A DNA stretch of 64,000 nt from Candidatus Heimdallarchaeota archaeon (lineage in GTDB: Archaea; Asgardarchaeota; Heimdallarchaeia; Heimdallarchaeales; Heimdallarchaeaceae), in the NCBI GenBank assembly GCA_021399345.1, contig JAAFKI010000094.1, positions 32,001 through 96,000 on the forward strand, read 5' to 3'. How positions within the stretch are numbered: position 1 is the stretch's first letter; every line of letters starts with the position of its first letter. Made by a program: the position numbers and the translations under genes. This document shows, piece by piece, positions 47,943 to 57,669 of this stretch. The notes under the pieces were generated by a model. That model saw only the letters and a list, made by a program, of their open reading frames with translations, did not search any database and was not told where the DNA came from.

Positions 47943-50744
47943 TCAAAATGCTCTCATTTCCTCCACAACTTTTGTTTTTGAAGCTATAATAGCAGGAATT
48001 AATGTTGCAAGTATTATGATCACAAAAGAACCAATTATTGTAGCTATTAGAATTCCAGGTGGGAATATCAGTAGTCTGTTAAATGAAGAAGAACTAAAGA
48101 CATCAAAAAATCCATTGAACTGGTACCCTAAAATGAAACCAATAAAAGTACCAAACAGAGTAGCAAATAGTGCCATAGATATTACTTCACTTAGGACCAA
48201 TTTGATTAATTGACCCCGCGAAGCCCCTTCTGATATCAGTACAGCAAATTCTTTCTTCCGTTGATTAACAATCATAAACATGAAAATTGAAACACCGATT
48301 ACAATGGCAATGAGTGAGATAAGATAGTTTATTGTTAATAATCCAGGAAATCCAAAACGTAATCCTTCTCGTTGTCTAATTTCTGCTAATTCTTCTTCAA
48401 AGGATTGAGAGTAAACAATCCAATCAAATTGTGAATCAAACTCAAAAGCAAGATTTTCTTCAACTGGATCAACTTCAGGTTTCAAATTGATTATTGCTCT
48501 AGTAATTTCATATGTATAAGGAGCATAGGTGAAAATAAACTGCTTATCGACTAGTAGGGTAAAAACGAAATCAAATTCAATGAAATCAAAAATTTCACCT
48601 AAAGATCCTAATCCTAAGTCCATTATCTCTCCAGGAGCATGATCTACAATTATTGTTGCTTCTGCTGTATACTTAGTCTGATTGAAAATTGTAAATTCAA
48701 AAGTAGGATCATTTTGTATATCTAATGTTCTTGCTGTCTCTACTCCAACACCTACATTTCTAAGAGGATTATTTTGAAGAGTCTGCAGACCTTCCTTCCA
48801 TTCAGGATAATCTTCTATTGAGTCTTTGTGCCATATTGCATTATTTCCATATTCCGTCAAATCTACTCCATAGCATACAACTGGCGTTGACCCAACATAG
48901 AAAAATGAATAATAAATAGGAATTATAGTTTCTATTTTATCCTCAAAACCAACAAAATCAGTAGGTGACAAAGTTTGGTATCCACCTAAGATATCTACTC
49001 TCATATCACCTCCAATAGTAAATTCAGCTCTACGAATCAATTCAGCTGAACCAGTTTCACCTTGAATAACTGCAAACACCCCTAATGAAACAGATAAACA
49101 GAGTAAAACAGTCATTCTTGGAAAGTTTTGATGTCTGCGAGATAAACTTCCTTTAAGTAAGACTCCGATGTCTTTGAAGATCTTAACAAGAACCTTATCT
49201 AATTTTTCAGGTACCTTGGTTGATAATCTACTAACTATAGAAGCTCCTCCATACCAAAGCAATATTGGAGCGAATATTTGAAGTAAAATAACAGCAAAAC
49301 CAAAAGAAACATTTGGTCTTGTATTTTCAATAAATGTTAGGAGAACACCAATTAATCCTACCATGAAGAACAAAACATCACCATATACTGCTTTAAACCA
49401 CTTTTTCTTTTCTTTTTCAACAGTTTTAGCGATAGCTACTTCTTGTTGAATGAAGTTATTTGTTTTCTTTCTGGTTGTGAAAAAGAGAATTCCTAAAGTT
49501 ACAATAAGGGTTGTTAAAATAGTCCAAGGTTTAATGTTCAAAGATGAGTAAGCATTAGTAATAGTTGGAAAATCTATGCCCATAAACTGATAAGTAGACA
49601 GTACCATTGCTGCACCGAATGTACCAAGAGAAATCCCTATAGCTTCCCCTAATAATGCAATTAAGATAACCTCAGTATATATCATACTCCGTATCTGTTT
49701 TGGACTAGCTCCCTGAGCCTTTAGAACAGAAATTTCAAATTTTCTCTCTCTTAAAGCTAAATCTGCTCCTAAACTGATAAGAATAATTGATAAAACAATA
49801 GCAGGAATATACAAAACAGTATCAATTAACTGCATTGTGATAATCAACCCTTGGTATGCGAACAACGTGCCAGAGATTAAGTTTCTACCATCCAGATTGT
49901 GAATTTGTTCCTTCCTGTTCAAAACTATGTTAATATACTCATTTAAATCAAGAAGATTGTTTAGAGGGAATTGAGTTAGATCTAATTTTGTAGGAAGCTG
50001 CCATAATTTGTTAACGGTTAAATTTCCAATAATACTGGAATTAAAATTATCACTGCTAACAATTAAGAAATCATCATCTAGTAGAAGACCAGGTTGGAAG
50101 AATCCTCTTACTGTCAGATTTAACGTTGTTGAAATTATAATGACTTCATTAGCATCAACAGTTTTATTCAACCCAAAAATAAAAGCTAGAGTATCGTTTA
50201 ATTGTACACCTAACTTCTTGTATGTACCAATAGGTAGTAGGATACTATTACTCTGAAGATTGTTTTCACCAGCAACAACATTAATCTTTTCAACTATTGA
50301 ATGATTAAGTGAGGATGAATCAACAATCAATGGTTCAAAGGAAGGTTGTTCTACATTAAAGCCAGCATATTCAGAAAAATTAAAATCGGGAGTGAAATAA
50401 GAATGATATCGATTATCTCTGTTTGTTATATCATAGTGAAAACGTCTCCCATAGGTAACAATACAATCCTCAAATTCTATTTCTTGAGAGAGTAAATCTG
50501 CTAATTCTGGGAGAGTGCCAACCAAATTCGTTTCTATTAGAGGTCTGAAAGTTACTTCAGCTTCAACATTTTCTATCATATCTTGAACAGTAATTGTGTT
50601 AATTATTGAACCATAGAAGAATATGCTTGAAAAAATAGCAGCTCCTAGAATCATACCAGCACCTATCGAGATACTTCTTCTTCGGTTTGAGTACATGGAT
50701 TTAAAAGAAAGTCCAATGAATGAGAAGAATTTTGGACGCTTCAT
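47943..50744 (-). CDS. FtsX/MacB-like ABC permease (two FtsX repeats)
   Basis: ERKFEISVLKAQGAS and QRKKEFAVLISEGAS repeats, with large extracellular loops. Confidence 0.9.
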   Translation of the reverse strand: MKRPKFFSFIGLSFKSMYSNRRRSISIGAGMILGAAIFSSIFFYGSIINTITVQDMIENVEAEVTFRPLIETNLVGTLPELADLLSQEIEFEDCIVTYGRRFHYDITNRDNRYHSYFTPDFNFSEYAGFNVEQPSFEPLIVDSSSLNHSIVEKINVVAGENNLQSNSILLPIGTYKKLGVQLNDTLAFIFGLNKTVDANEVIIISTTLNLTVRGFFQPGLLLDDDFLIVSSDNFNSSIIGNLTVNKLWQLPTKLDLTQFPLNNLLDLNEYINIVLNRKEQIHNLDGRNLISGTLFAYQGLIITMQLIDTVLYIPAIVLSIILISLGADLALRERKFEISVLKAQGASPKQIRSMIYTEVILIALLGEAIGISLGTFGAAMVLSTYQFMGIDFPTITNAYSSLNIKPWTILTTLIVTLGILFFTTRKKTNNFIQQEVAIAKTVEKEKKKWFKAVYGDVLFFMVGLIGVLLTFIENTRPNVSFGFAVILLQIFAPILLWYGGASIVSRLSTKVPEKLDKVLVKIFKDIGVLLKGSLSRRHQNFPRMTVLLCLSVSLGVFAVIQGETGSAELIRRAEFTIGGDMRVDILGGYQTLSPTDFVGFEDKIETIIPIYYSFFYVGSTPVVCYGVDLTEYGNNAIWHKDSIEDYPEWKEGLQTLQNNPLRNVGVGVETARTLDIQNDPTFEFTIFNQTKYTAEATIIVDHAPGEIMDLGLGSLGEIFDFIEFDFVFTLLVDKQFIFTYAPYTYEITRAIINLKPEVDPVEENLAFEFDSQFDWIVYSQSFEEELAEIRQREGLRFGFPGLLTINYLISLIAIVIGVSIFMFMIVNQRKKEFAVLISEGASRGQLIKLVLSEVISMALFATLFGTFIGFILGYQFNGFFDVFSSSSFNRLLIFPPGILIATIIGSFVIIILATLIPAIIASKTKVVEEMRAF

Positions 50745-51484
50745 TTGATTCCCTCCTTTTTGTGCGTCTTCTTAGCAACTTTCTTTGTTTGTTCTTGAAT
50801 TAAGTTACCTTTCTGCAAAATCAAAATTTTATCAGCTTCTTTTGCATTTTCAGAATCATGAGTAACCATAATCACAGTAATCTTCTTCTCTTGAGCAAGC
50901 TGTTTGAAAAGAAAAATAATTTCTTTACCTATATGAGTGTCCAGATTTCCAGTAGGTTCATCAGCATAGATGATGGCTGGATTGTGAGCTAAAGCTCTGG
51001 CAATTGCAACTCTTTGTTGCTCTCCCCCGGACAATTCTTCAGGTAGATGATCCATCCGTACATATAATCCAACGGATTCTAGATAATCTATTGCTTTCTG
51101 TTCAGCTTCCATTTCTGGAACTTTACGTAATTTCATAGGCAGTTTAACGTTTTCTTTAGCTGTAAGATAAGGAATTAAAGCAAAATTCTGAAATACAACA
51201 GAAGTCTTGGTTCTTCTAATTTCTAGATTCTCTTTGTAGGAAGTTTCACTTAGGTTTATTCCAGCAACCAATACTTCTCCAGAAGTAATGCTTTCAAGCG
51301 TTGAAAGTATATTTAAGAGAGTAGATTTACCAGATCCGCTTGGACCCATGATCGCAATGAATTCTCCTCTTTTTATCTTAAGATCAACTCCTGTAAGAAC
51401 ATGGACTACTTCTCCACCTGGAAGATTGAAATTTTTTATCAGCTCTTTAGTGTTTATTGAGACTGAACTTGCTTTTTTTGACAT
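50741..51484 (-). CDS. ABC ATPase (LolD/MacB type)
   Basis: GPSGSGKST, LSGGEQQRV, ADEPTGNLD and VTHD. Confidence 0.93.
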   Translation of the reverse strand: MSKKASSVSINTKELIKNFNLPGGEVVHVLTGVDLKIKRGEFIAIMGPSGSGKSTLLNILSTLESITSGEVLVAGINLSETSYKENLEIRRTKTSVVFQNFALIPYLTAKENVKLPMKLRKVPEMEAEQKAIDYLESVGLYVRMDHLPEELSGGEQQRVAIARALAHNPAIIYADEPTGNLDTHIGKEIIFLFKQLAQEKKITVIMVTHDSENAKEADKILILQKGNLIQEQTKKVAKKTHKKEGIK

Positions 51485-51557
51485 TACAAGTAGGTTAAAA
51501 GCTTCATCTAATTAAAGCTAACTGAAAGAAGAAATAGAGAAAAAAGGAGTGAACAGA

Positions 51558-53306
51558 CTAATCATCAACTACTCCTGAATTTTTCATATCATTCAGTATA
51601 AGTTCAATCATCTCTTTTTGGTTTGTTTCTACATTAGATGTTTCAATTTCAATACTTAATAACAGGGAACTTGTTTCATTATAGGTTATACTTAAATGGT
51701 CAACATCCAAGTCTTTCAAATCCGGATCATTACTAATATCCCAGACAAAGGTTGTAATTGTATTATCTTTATCATATTCAACATACTTTGTTAGAATCTC
51801 TTTCTCGGACATATAATTGTCTAGGTTCTCTACATTGATGCTGCGATTCAAGGACATTGTTATAACAAAATCTTTCAAGGCTTTTAGCTCCATTCTACTC
51901 TTACTCCAACGCAGATAAACAACAATAGCAATCCAGCAAACAATACTGATAATGAACATAATCAGAGTACCGTATTTGTTCATTACACCTCCAAAGATGG
52001 TATCAGTCGCCCCATATTCACCAACAGCAAAAGCGAAAACCTCTAGAATGATACTTCCTGCAAGAATAAGTTCAATCATATCTATAGCTTCACCAGTTCT
52101 AGTATTAGCTTGTAGAACTTGATTCATACTTTTAGTGTTTCTGGTCATTGTTTTGGACATATTCCTCATCTGAAGTTCAGAGAGAGTAGCTATGTAATTT
52201 CTGATTCCGTCTAGTTCTGTTAATAGACCATTAATTATCTTGTTTGCGTCTTTTACTCTATCCCTTGAAGTTTCGAGACCTTTATCAGCTTCATAGAAAT
52301 CAATCAGATTAGAGATATTGTTTTCTTTATAAATTTTCAGTAAATCAAAAGTTGAATCTTTTAGAAATTCTTGAATTTGACTGACCAAACTTATTGTACT
52401 TGAAAGAAGTGTTATTTGTTCTTGAACACTATTAAGTGCATCAGTATTACCCTTTGCAGCTTCTTCTACAAGGAGTTTAATGTTATCAGATTGATCATAA
52501 AGTTCCCAAATTCTAGACATGAAACAATCCACGAAATTACTAATTGCATGTTGAATACCCCAGAATGTTAGTTGATATTCACTTTCTTCAGTAAAATCAT
52601 CGAAGATAGCAAGAGTCCCTCGAGAACCTTTGAAGAACAGATTAGAACCAACTTGATGAGGCTTATGTCCTTCACCTAAAAGTTGGTTAATTTCTATTTC
52701 GCAGTCTTCACCATCATAATATTCAGCAATATTGTTATGCTTAATATTTATTTCCTCACCTATATAACAGATAGTTTTTGGTCTGTGCATAGGATTCCCA
52801 AAGATGATTTTAATAAAATTTCTTTGAAATTCTGTTAATAGACTGTCAATTACCATAGAACTGTCTTGAGATAAATCTGCTACCACTCTAGAAAGTTTGT
52901 CTAAAGACATGAAACTGTTTTGTCCTTCAATCTCATCAAGATCTAGGGAATAAACAATGAAACCAGATTTTGAAATAAATATGGCCATTTCTTCGATTTG
53001 AACAACACCTTCCTCTTCTGGTAAATCTATAACTGCCTCAAGATTAACGAAACTATCTAGGATATAATCATTTACAAGTACCTTTGTGTGTTTTCCAGTT
53101 GACGTGAAAATTGGAACATCAGGTGACCTATCGATTATCCCAGTCAATAATGTTTTATGAGCTCCTTTTTCGATATCAAGTTTCTTATTTAACTCTCTTA
53201 GCTGATTGGAGTCAAAAGGAAGCCACTCAATAACAAAAACCTTTGGGTTTTTTATACAAAGAACTTCTGACAATTCATCTTTAATATTATGCGAACTTCG
53301 TGCCAT
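51558..53306 (-). CDS. hypothetical membrane protein with CorA-like architecture (alpha/beta domain, long helices, two C-proximal TMs), no GMN motif
   Basis: Long amphipathic helices from about aa 250-405, TM1 LILAGSIILEVFAFAV, TM2 LIMFIISIVCWIAIVVYL, and a soluble C-terminal tail. Confidence 0.65.
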   Translation of the reverse strand: MARSSHNIKDELSEVLCIKNPKVFVIEWLPFDSNQLRELNKKLDIEKGAHKTLLTGIIDRSPDVPIFTSTGKHTKVLVNDYILDSFVNLEAVIDLPEEEGVVQIEEMAIFISKSGFIVYSLDLDEIEGQNSFMSLDKLSRVVADLSQDSSMVIDSLLTEFQRNFIKIIFGNPMHRPKTICYIGEEINIKHNNIAEYYDGEDCEIEINQLLGEGHKPHQVGSNLFFKGSRGTLAIFDDFTEESEYQLTFWGIQHAISNFVDCFMSRIWELYDQSDNIKLLVEEAAKGNTDALNSVQEQITLLSSTISLVSQIQEFLKDSTFDLLKIYKENNISNLIDFYEADKGLETSRDRVKDANKIINGLLTELDGIRNYIATLSELQMRNMSKTMTRNTKSMNQVLQANTRTGEAIDMIELILAGSIILEVFAFAVGEYGATDTIFGGVMNKYGTLIMFIISIVCWIAIVVYLRWSKSRMELKALKDFVITMSLNRSINVENLDNYMSEKEILTKYVEYDKDNTITTFVWDISNDPDLKDLDVDHLSITYNETSSLLLSIEIETSNVETNQKEMIELILNDMKNSGVVDD

Positions 53307-53307
53307 T

Positions 53308-53937
53308 TTATCGCCTCACAAGTTTATTTGAAATTCTTAGAAAATATGGTTTGGAGATGTAACTTACATCCTCGCTTTCTAAGAAATCTAGCTGAAAATC
53401 AGAAACGTCACAATCAGGACAATCAATCTTGATATCAGGATGATCACTCATATTCATATGGAAGTCTAAATGAGTTTTGCAATGCTCACAGTAGAATAGA
53501 TTATGCACTTCTTCTTGTACATCTTGAGGAATCAGTTTTAAAAAATTAAGACCAATATCTGTTATTCGATAAGCTGTAACAAAACCATGTTGAGACGTAC
53601 TTAAACGTATTTTATCTAAAATATCTAGTTCTCTCAAATCCTCTATATCATCTACACCTTCATAGGACAAGTTAACTGTGAAGCTACTTCTACCGAAAAA
53701 TTGGATGGAAGTTGGAGCATAGTCATATGTTTCATACGTTCCTTTTACAATTTGATAATACATTACAGCCCATAAAGGTAGTTCCTTTACCCAAACCTTC
53801 TCACTATCTGTTTCCAGATAATGATCTCCACCCCTTACCCATTTTGTTAGATAATCGATTGTATAAAGTAATAACTGTTGATCTCTTGTTAAGTTATTAA
53901 TATCTATCCTATCCCCTTTTGATGGTTCTAAAGTCAT
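53308..53937 (-). CDS. hypothetical protein, winged-helix-like with C-terminal zinc ribbon
   Basis: WVKELPL, YDYAP, EGVDDIEDLRE...YRITDIG (wHTH-like wing) and CEHC...CPDC. Its stop lies 1 nt from the next start. Confidence 0.7.
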   Translation of the reverse strand: MTLEPSKGDRIDINNLTRDQQLLLYTIDYLTKWVRGGDHYLETDSEKVWVKELPLWAVMYYQIVKGTYETYDYAPTSIQFFGRSSFTVNLSYEGVDDIEDLRELDILDKIRLSTSQHGFVTAYRITDIGLNFLKLIPQDVQEEVHNLFYCEHCKTHLDFHMNMSDHPDIKIDCPDCDVSDFQLDFLESEDVSYISKPYFLRISNKLVRR

Positions 53938-54030
53938 ACTTTAGATGGGAATCCTAAAGATATTTTAATGTTTCTCAAAAAATTAAGATTCAATTAAAAA
54001 ATATATTTACTTAACTTTGTACTAACTCCA

Positions 54031-55037
54031 CTATATCTTTTTAAGTACTTTCCACAGACGAATCTTTTTAATTTGATTTCTTGCCCCTGGTCCCAATTCT
54101 ACGAAACAATAGCCCACGCATTCATTTTTGGGATTTATTATTTCTGCCATTATTTCGAAATATGCTATATTGTATTGTCCCTCCATAATCGGGTGGATCT
54201 CGTACTGCTCTTCCTTGATACCTGGTAAAACTAAGTCCCACCCCTTAGAAAATGTAAAATTATCTACCTCAATAAACTCCTTGGGTGTATAAGTACAATC
54301 CCGAATGAGTTGGCTATTACCCACTTTGTTGATATAGGTTCCATCATAATAGGAATTCTGGGGAAAGGCAAAAAGCATGATTTCCTCTTCATCAAAAAAT
54401 CTAAGAGAGAACCATTCTCAATGAGACGCTGGATCAAATAATCTAAAGGGACCCCATTGTCTATCAAACCAAGATTTTCCGGTGACATTCATAATAGTCT
54501 TTTCTTTCGAATTATTAAGCAAAATCATCTTTCCAGTTGTAGGCATGTTTGGATAGGAGTAATAAACTGTCCGTTGTTGAGGATCATTTGGTAATCCCAT
54601 GGCTAATACTCCATCATCTGCATGCCAGAAAGCCCCTTTACCTTTATTTAGATCAAGTTGGAGTTCAAAATCATCATTTTTTATAGAGAGATTTAATTTG
54701 TCTTTCTCTCGTTTTAAAGAGGCGAATGGTGAGAATACTACGCTATCCTGATTGCCATAAACATTTTTCCTCTTCAGTATACTTAACCTTTGTTTGAAGA
54801 GATGTTTTCGTTTTTGGAAATCAGTAAAAGCCATATGAAGTATATAGAAATTAATTCTAAAAATCCTTAAATTAAAAATTGTAAACTGGTAAGAATAGAA
54901 ATTTTCTATGTTTTCCTGATCTGTAAGATACCCGGTTATATACCACCAACCAGATACTTTCTTAGCGGTAGCCACTCTGCATCAAAATCACCATGATTTG
55001 CTTCTCTATAAGAAATTCTGAAACTTTTCTTTTTCAT
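54031..55037 (-). pseudogene. disrupted lipocalin-like AttH/CrtC (carotenoid 1,2-hydratase-like) gene
   Basis: WWYITG, YYSYP, GKSWFDRQWG and xEWFSL motifs. There is a frameshift near 54964 and an in-frame TGA at 54418-54420. Confidence 0.82.
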
Positions 55038-55084
55038 AACAAATCATACCGCTGATAGTTAATAAGAAGAATTTGCGAAGAAAA

Positions 55085-55711
55085 TTATTTCTTCTTCTCA
55101 AGTTTTTTATCTTCTTTAGCAATTGTTTCTACAAGATTCTTGAAATTTTTAGGTTCTTGTTCTTCTTCTATTGTAAAAACCACAGGACGTCTTTTCCTTT
55201 CAACATCAAGAGCTCTAGCTATTTTGCCAGCTTCGTATTTTTCTTTAACTTGAGATTTCTTTCCAATCCACACATAGATTTCATCATAAGCATCAATTAC
55301 AAATGAATCATTAGATTTGAGATTCTTATACTTAATAGGTATCTCCTTAGTTTGTATAGTGCCATCATCTTTCTGGATGATTTGAAGAAGTTTATAATCA
55401 ACATCAAGTTTCTTTTCAAAATGTTTTAGGAAACCAGGTGTATCCCCTTCAACAACCTCAAAACTCACTAGATTTTTGAATTCTTCAGGTTCATCCCCGT
55501 CCATGACTGTTTTGATGAGTAAATCCTTGTTGTCTTCTTCCACAACTTTTGCTGTCCATGCGCCTACGGCTTTATCATCACAGTAAGATTTCTTTCCTAG
55601 CCAAATCCAAATATGAGTAGTAGATACAACTAGATAGACATCCCCATTAAGGAATTTGTAGGGTTCCTTCATTGGCATTAGTCTTTTTCTAACAACGTGG
55701 TAAACATTCAT
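55085..55711 (-). CDS. two-domain gelsolin-like actin regulator (Asgard 2DGel type)
   Basis: Two gelsolin repeats: GDVYLV..IWIWLGKKS..GDEPEEF and NDSFVID..IYVWIGKKS..EQEPKNF. Confidence 0.9.
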   Translation of the reverse strand: MNVYHVVRKRLMPMKEPYKFLNGDVYLVVSTTHIWIWLGKKSYCDDKAVGAWTAKVVEEDNKDLLIKTVMDGDEPEEFKNLVSFEVVEGDTPGFLKHFEKKLDVDYKLLQIIQKDDGTIQTKEIPIKYKNLKSNDSFVIDAYDEIYVWIGKKSQVKEKYEAGKIARALDVERKRRPVVFTIEEEQEPKNFKNLVETIAKEDKKLEKKK

Positions 55712-55868
55712 AGTATAAGGAAATAAGAACCGAATTAAAAGATTTATGATTGAATTTTGTCAAGTTTTAATATTAAACTGCACCGGAAGAAATAGGTTAG
55801 CAATATTTTTGTTCAAAAAAGTTGCTTATCTAGTAAAATTTTAATAGTTTCAATCTTATAAAATCCTC

Positions 55869-56537
55869 ATGAGTAATTCTACTGATGAAGAATCTATATT
55901 CGATGAAGAGGAAACTGAACCTCTATGGAAGAAAATTATCGAAAAGATAAAACCTTACTTAACTCGTGAAGATATCGTAAATATGGATTTGGACAGTTTT
56001 TCAGCTTTAATTAATCGATTATATACAATTAAGGAGATTACTGAGCAAGAGCAGAGTTATGCTAAGAAAAACAGAGATTTGATTCTAATTCGAATGGGTT
56101 TACTACACAATATTCCCGATTTGAGTGAATCTGATCTTGAACTTGCTCTTAAGCAAATAGCTGTTCGTTTAACTACACATTATTTCCAAAATAGTGATGT
56201 CAAGTCTCTTGAAGAAGCAGAAAACAAGGTTTTAAAGATGATGAGACTAGGCTTTGCATCTAATGTTACAGTAAGCTTGAATCCAGAAGAGGAGATTATC
56301 AAACTTAGAGAAAAATTATCCATAATTTCCAGAGTAACTCTTGATAATGCTAAAGACATTGCCACATTACTGACAAAAACAAAAGATAGTCTCATGAATA
56401 TAGGTATATCTGGTTCTGTTTTCTATGAAATAGAAAAATTGTGTCAAATGCTAAAAAGACAGAAAGAAGAAGATCTACCAACAAAAAATGATATCGTTGA
56501 AGCTTCTTTTGAATGGCAACTTAAAATTCAAAAGTGA
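55869..56537 (+). CDS. helical hypothetical protein
   Basis: 222-aa ORF overlapping the next gene by 4 nt. No motif recognised. Confidence 0.7.
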   Translation: MSNSTDEESIFDEEETEPLWKKIIEKIKPYLTREDIVNMDLDSFSALINRLYTIKEITEQEQSYAKKNRDLILIRMGLLHNIPDLSESDLELALKQIAVRLTTHYFQNSDVKSLEEAENKVLKMMRLGFASNVTVSLNPEEEIIKLREKLSIISRVTLDNAKDIATLLTKTKDSLMNIGISGSVFYEIEKLCQMLKRQKEEDLPTKNDIVEASFEWQLKIQK

Positions 56538-57277
56538 GAATAATGGAAGAAGATTCAAAAATTTCTGAAATACCTAAAATCGAATCTACAGAAGAAATAA
56601 CTAAAGAAGATCCTTCTAAGAAATTTGATGAACAAGTGTCAGATACCTTACAAACAGTTACTACAAAATTAAAAGAAGTTGTAAATATCGATCTTTTTTT
56701 ACCTGACATATATGAATGGATCTTAGAAAAGCTAAAACAAGGTCCAACTTTAATCATAGGAGAAAATATAGGAAACTTTTCTGGGGAAGTTTCAAAGTAT
56801 GTTCCAAGTGTAATAGCAAGAGAAACAATTTCTACTTATGTGAGCCCCAAAATCGAAGTCAGTGATGAAGCTATGCTTTCTAAAATAGATTTAAAAGCAT
56901 TTGATATTGCAAAGCTAAAAACTCAACAAGGACCTTTTCTGAATATTATAATAATTTTCTCACTCAAAAAGTTGGAAAAAACTGCTCAATATGAATTACT
57001 CAAAGAGTGCAAGAGAATGCTATCTAGAGAGGGGCAACTAATTCTAGTAGGGGAGTTTTATCCTAAATCTATTCTGCTGTATCCAGTAACACTTACAAAA
57101 GAAGGAGTTAAAATATTCAAATCTAAGATTCTTAAAAAGAAAGTTACTAAACCAATTTCAAATTTCGACAAGATAGCAAATGATCTTGAACTCAAATTCT
57201 TTGATATTAAACACGATGCAGGTGGGAGAATACGTACCTATGTTTTAACTAAACGCTGGGGAGCTCTTCTAACCTAA
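56534..57277 (+). CDS. degenerate class I methyltransferase-like protein
   Basis: LLKECKRMLSREGQLILVGE resembles the MTase post-II motif. Motif I is degenerate (LIIGENIG). Confidence 0.55.
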   Translation: MRIMEEDSKISEIPKIESTEEITKEDPSKKFDEQVSDTLQTVTTKLKEVVNIDLFLPDIYEWILEKLKQGPTLIIGENIGNFSGEVSKYVPSVIARETISTYVSPKIEVSDEAMLSKIDLKAFDIAKLKTQQGPFLNIIIIFSLKKLEKTAQYELLKECKRMLSREGQLILVGEFYPKSILLYPVTLTKEGVKIFKSKILKKKVTKPISNFDKIANDLELKFFDIKHDAGGRIRTYVLTKRWGALLT

Positions 57278-57627
57278 TTATTTGCTTTTCCCCATTTTAT
57301 TTCTTCATCAGTAAGAGAACCAACGGGATATTTTTTCCAATTTTTATCTATTTTCTGAAGTATTGCATCATTCAAGTTGATATTTAATTCATGGGCAAGC
57401 AAGAATAAATAGATTGCAACATCAGCAAGTTCATCAGTTAAGGAGTCTTGAATTTTGTGGATTTCATCTTTAATCTCTGAATCAGTTTGCCATTGAATTA
57501 ATTCGAACAGTTCTCCGATTTCGACAATTAGTGAAAGAGCTAAATTCTTAGGAGTATGATATTTTTTCCACTTTCTTGCATCTCTAAAATCTAGTACTTT
57601 TTTAGTAATTTCTTCTATAGAACTCAC
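57274..57627 (-). CDS. MazG-like nucleotide pyrophosphohydrolase
   Basis: FRDARKWKKYHTPKNLALSL..EIGELFE, DELADV and KKYP. Confidence 0.9.
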   Translation of the reverse strand: MSSIEEITKKVLDFRDARKWKKYHTPKNLALSLIVEIGELFELIQWQTDSEIKDEIHKIQDSLTDELADVAIYLFLLAHELNINLNDAILQKIDKNWKKYPVGSLTDEEIKWGKANN

Positions 57628-57669
57628 AAAAATTAGAAAGAAGGAGAATAATTAACTCTTTCTCTTTAA

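Noticed and set aside
54418-54420. In-frame TGA as Sec or Trp recoding
   Set aside because: The position corresponds to Trp, not Cys. TGA is a normal stop in many genes here, and the same gene also has a frameshift.
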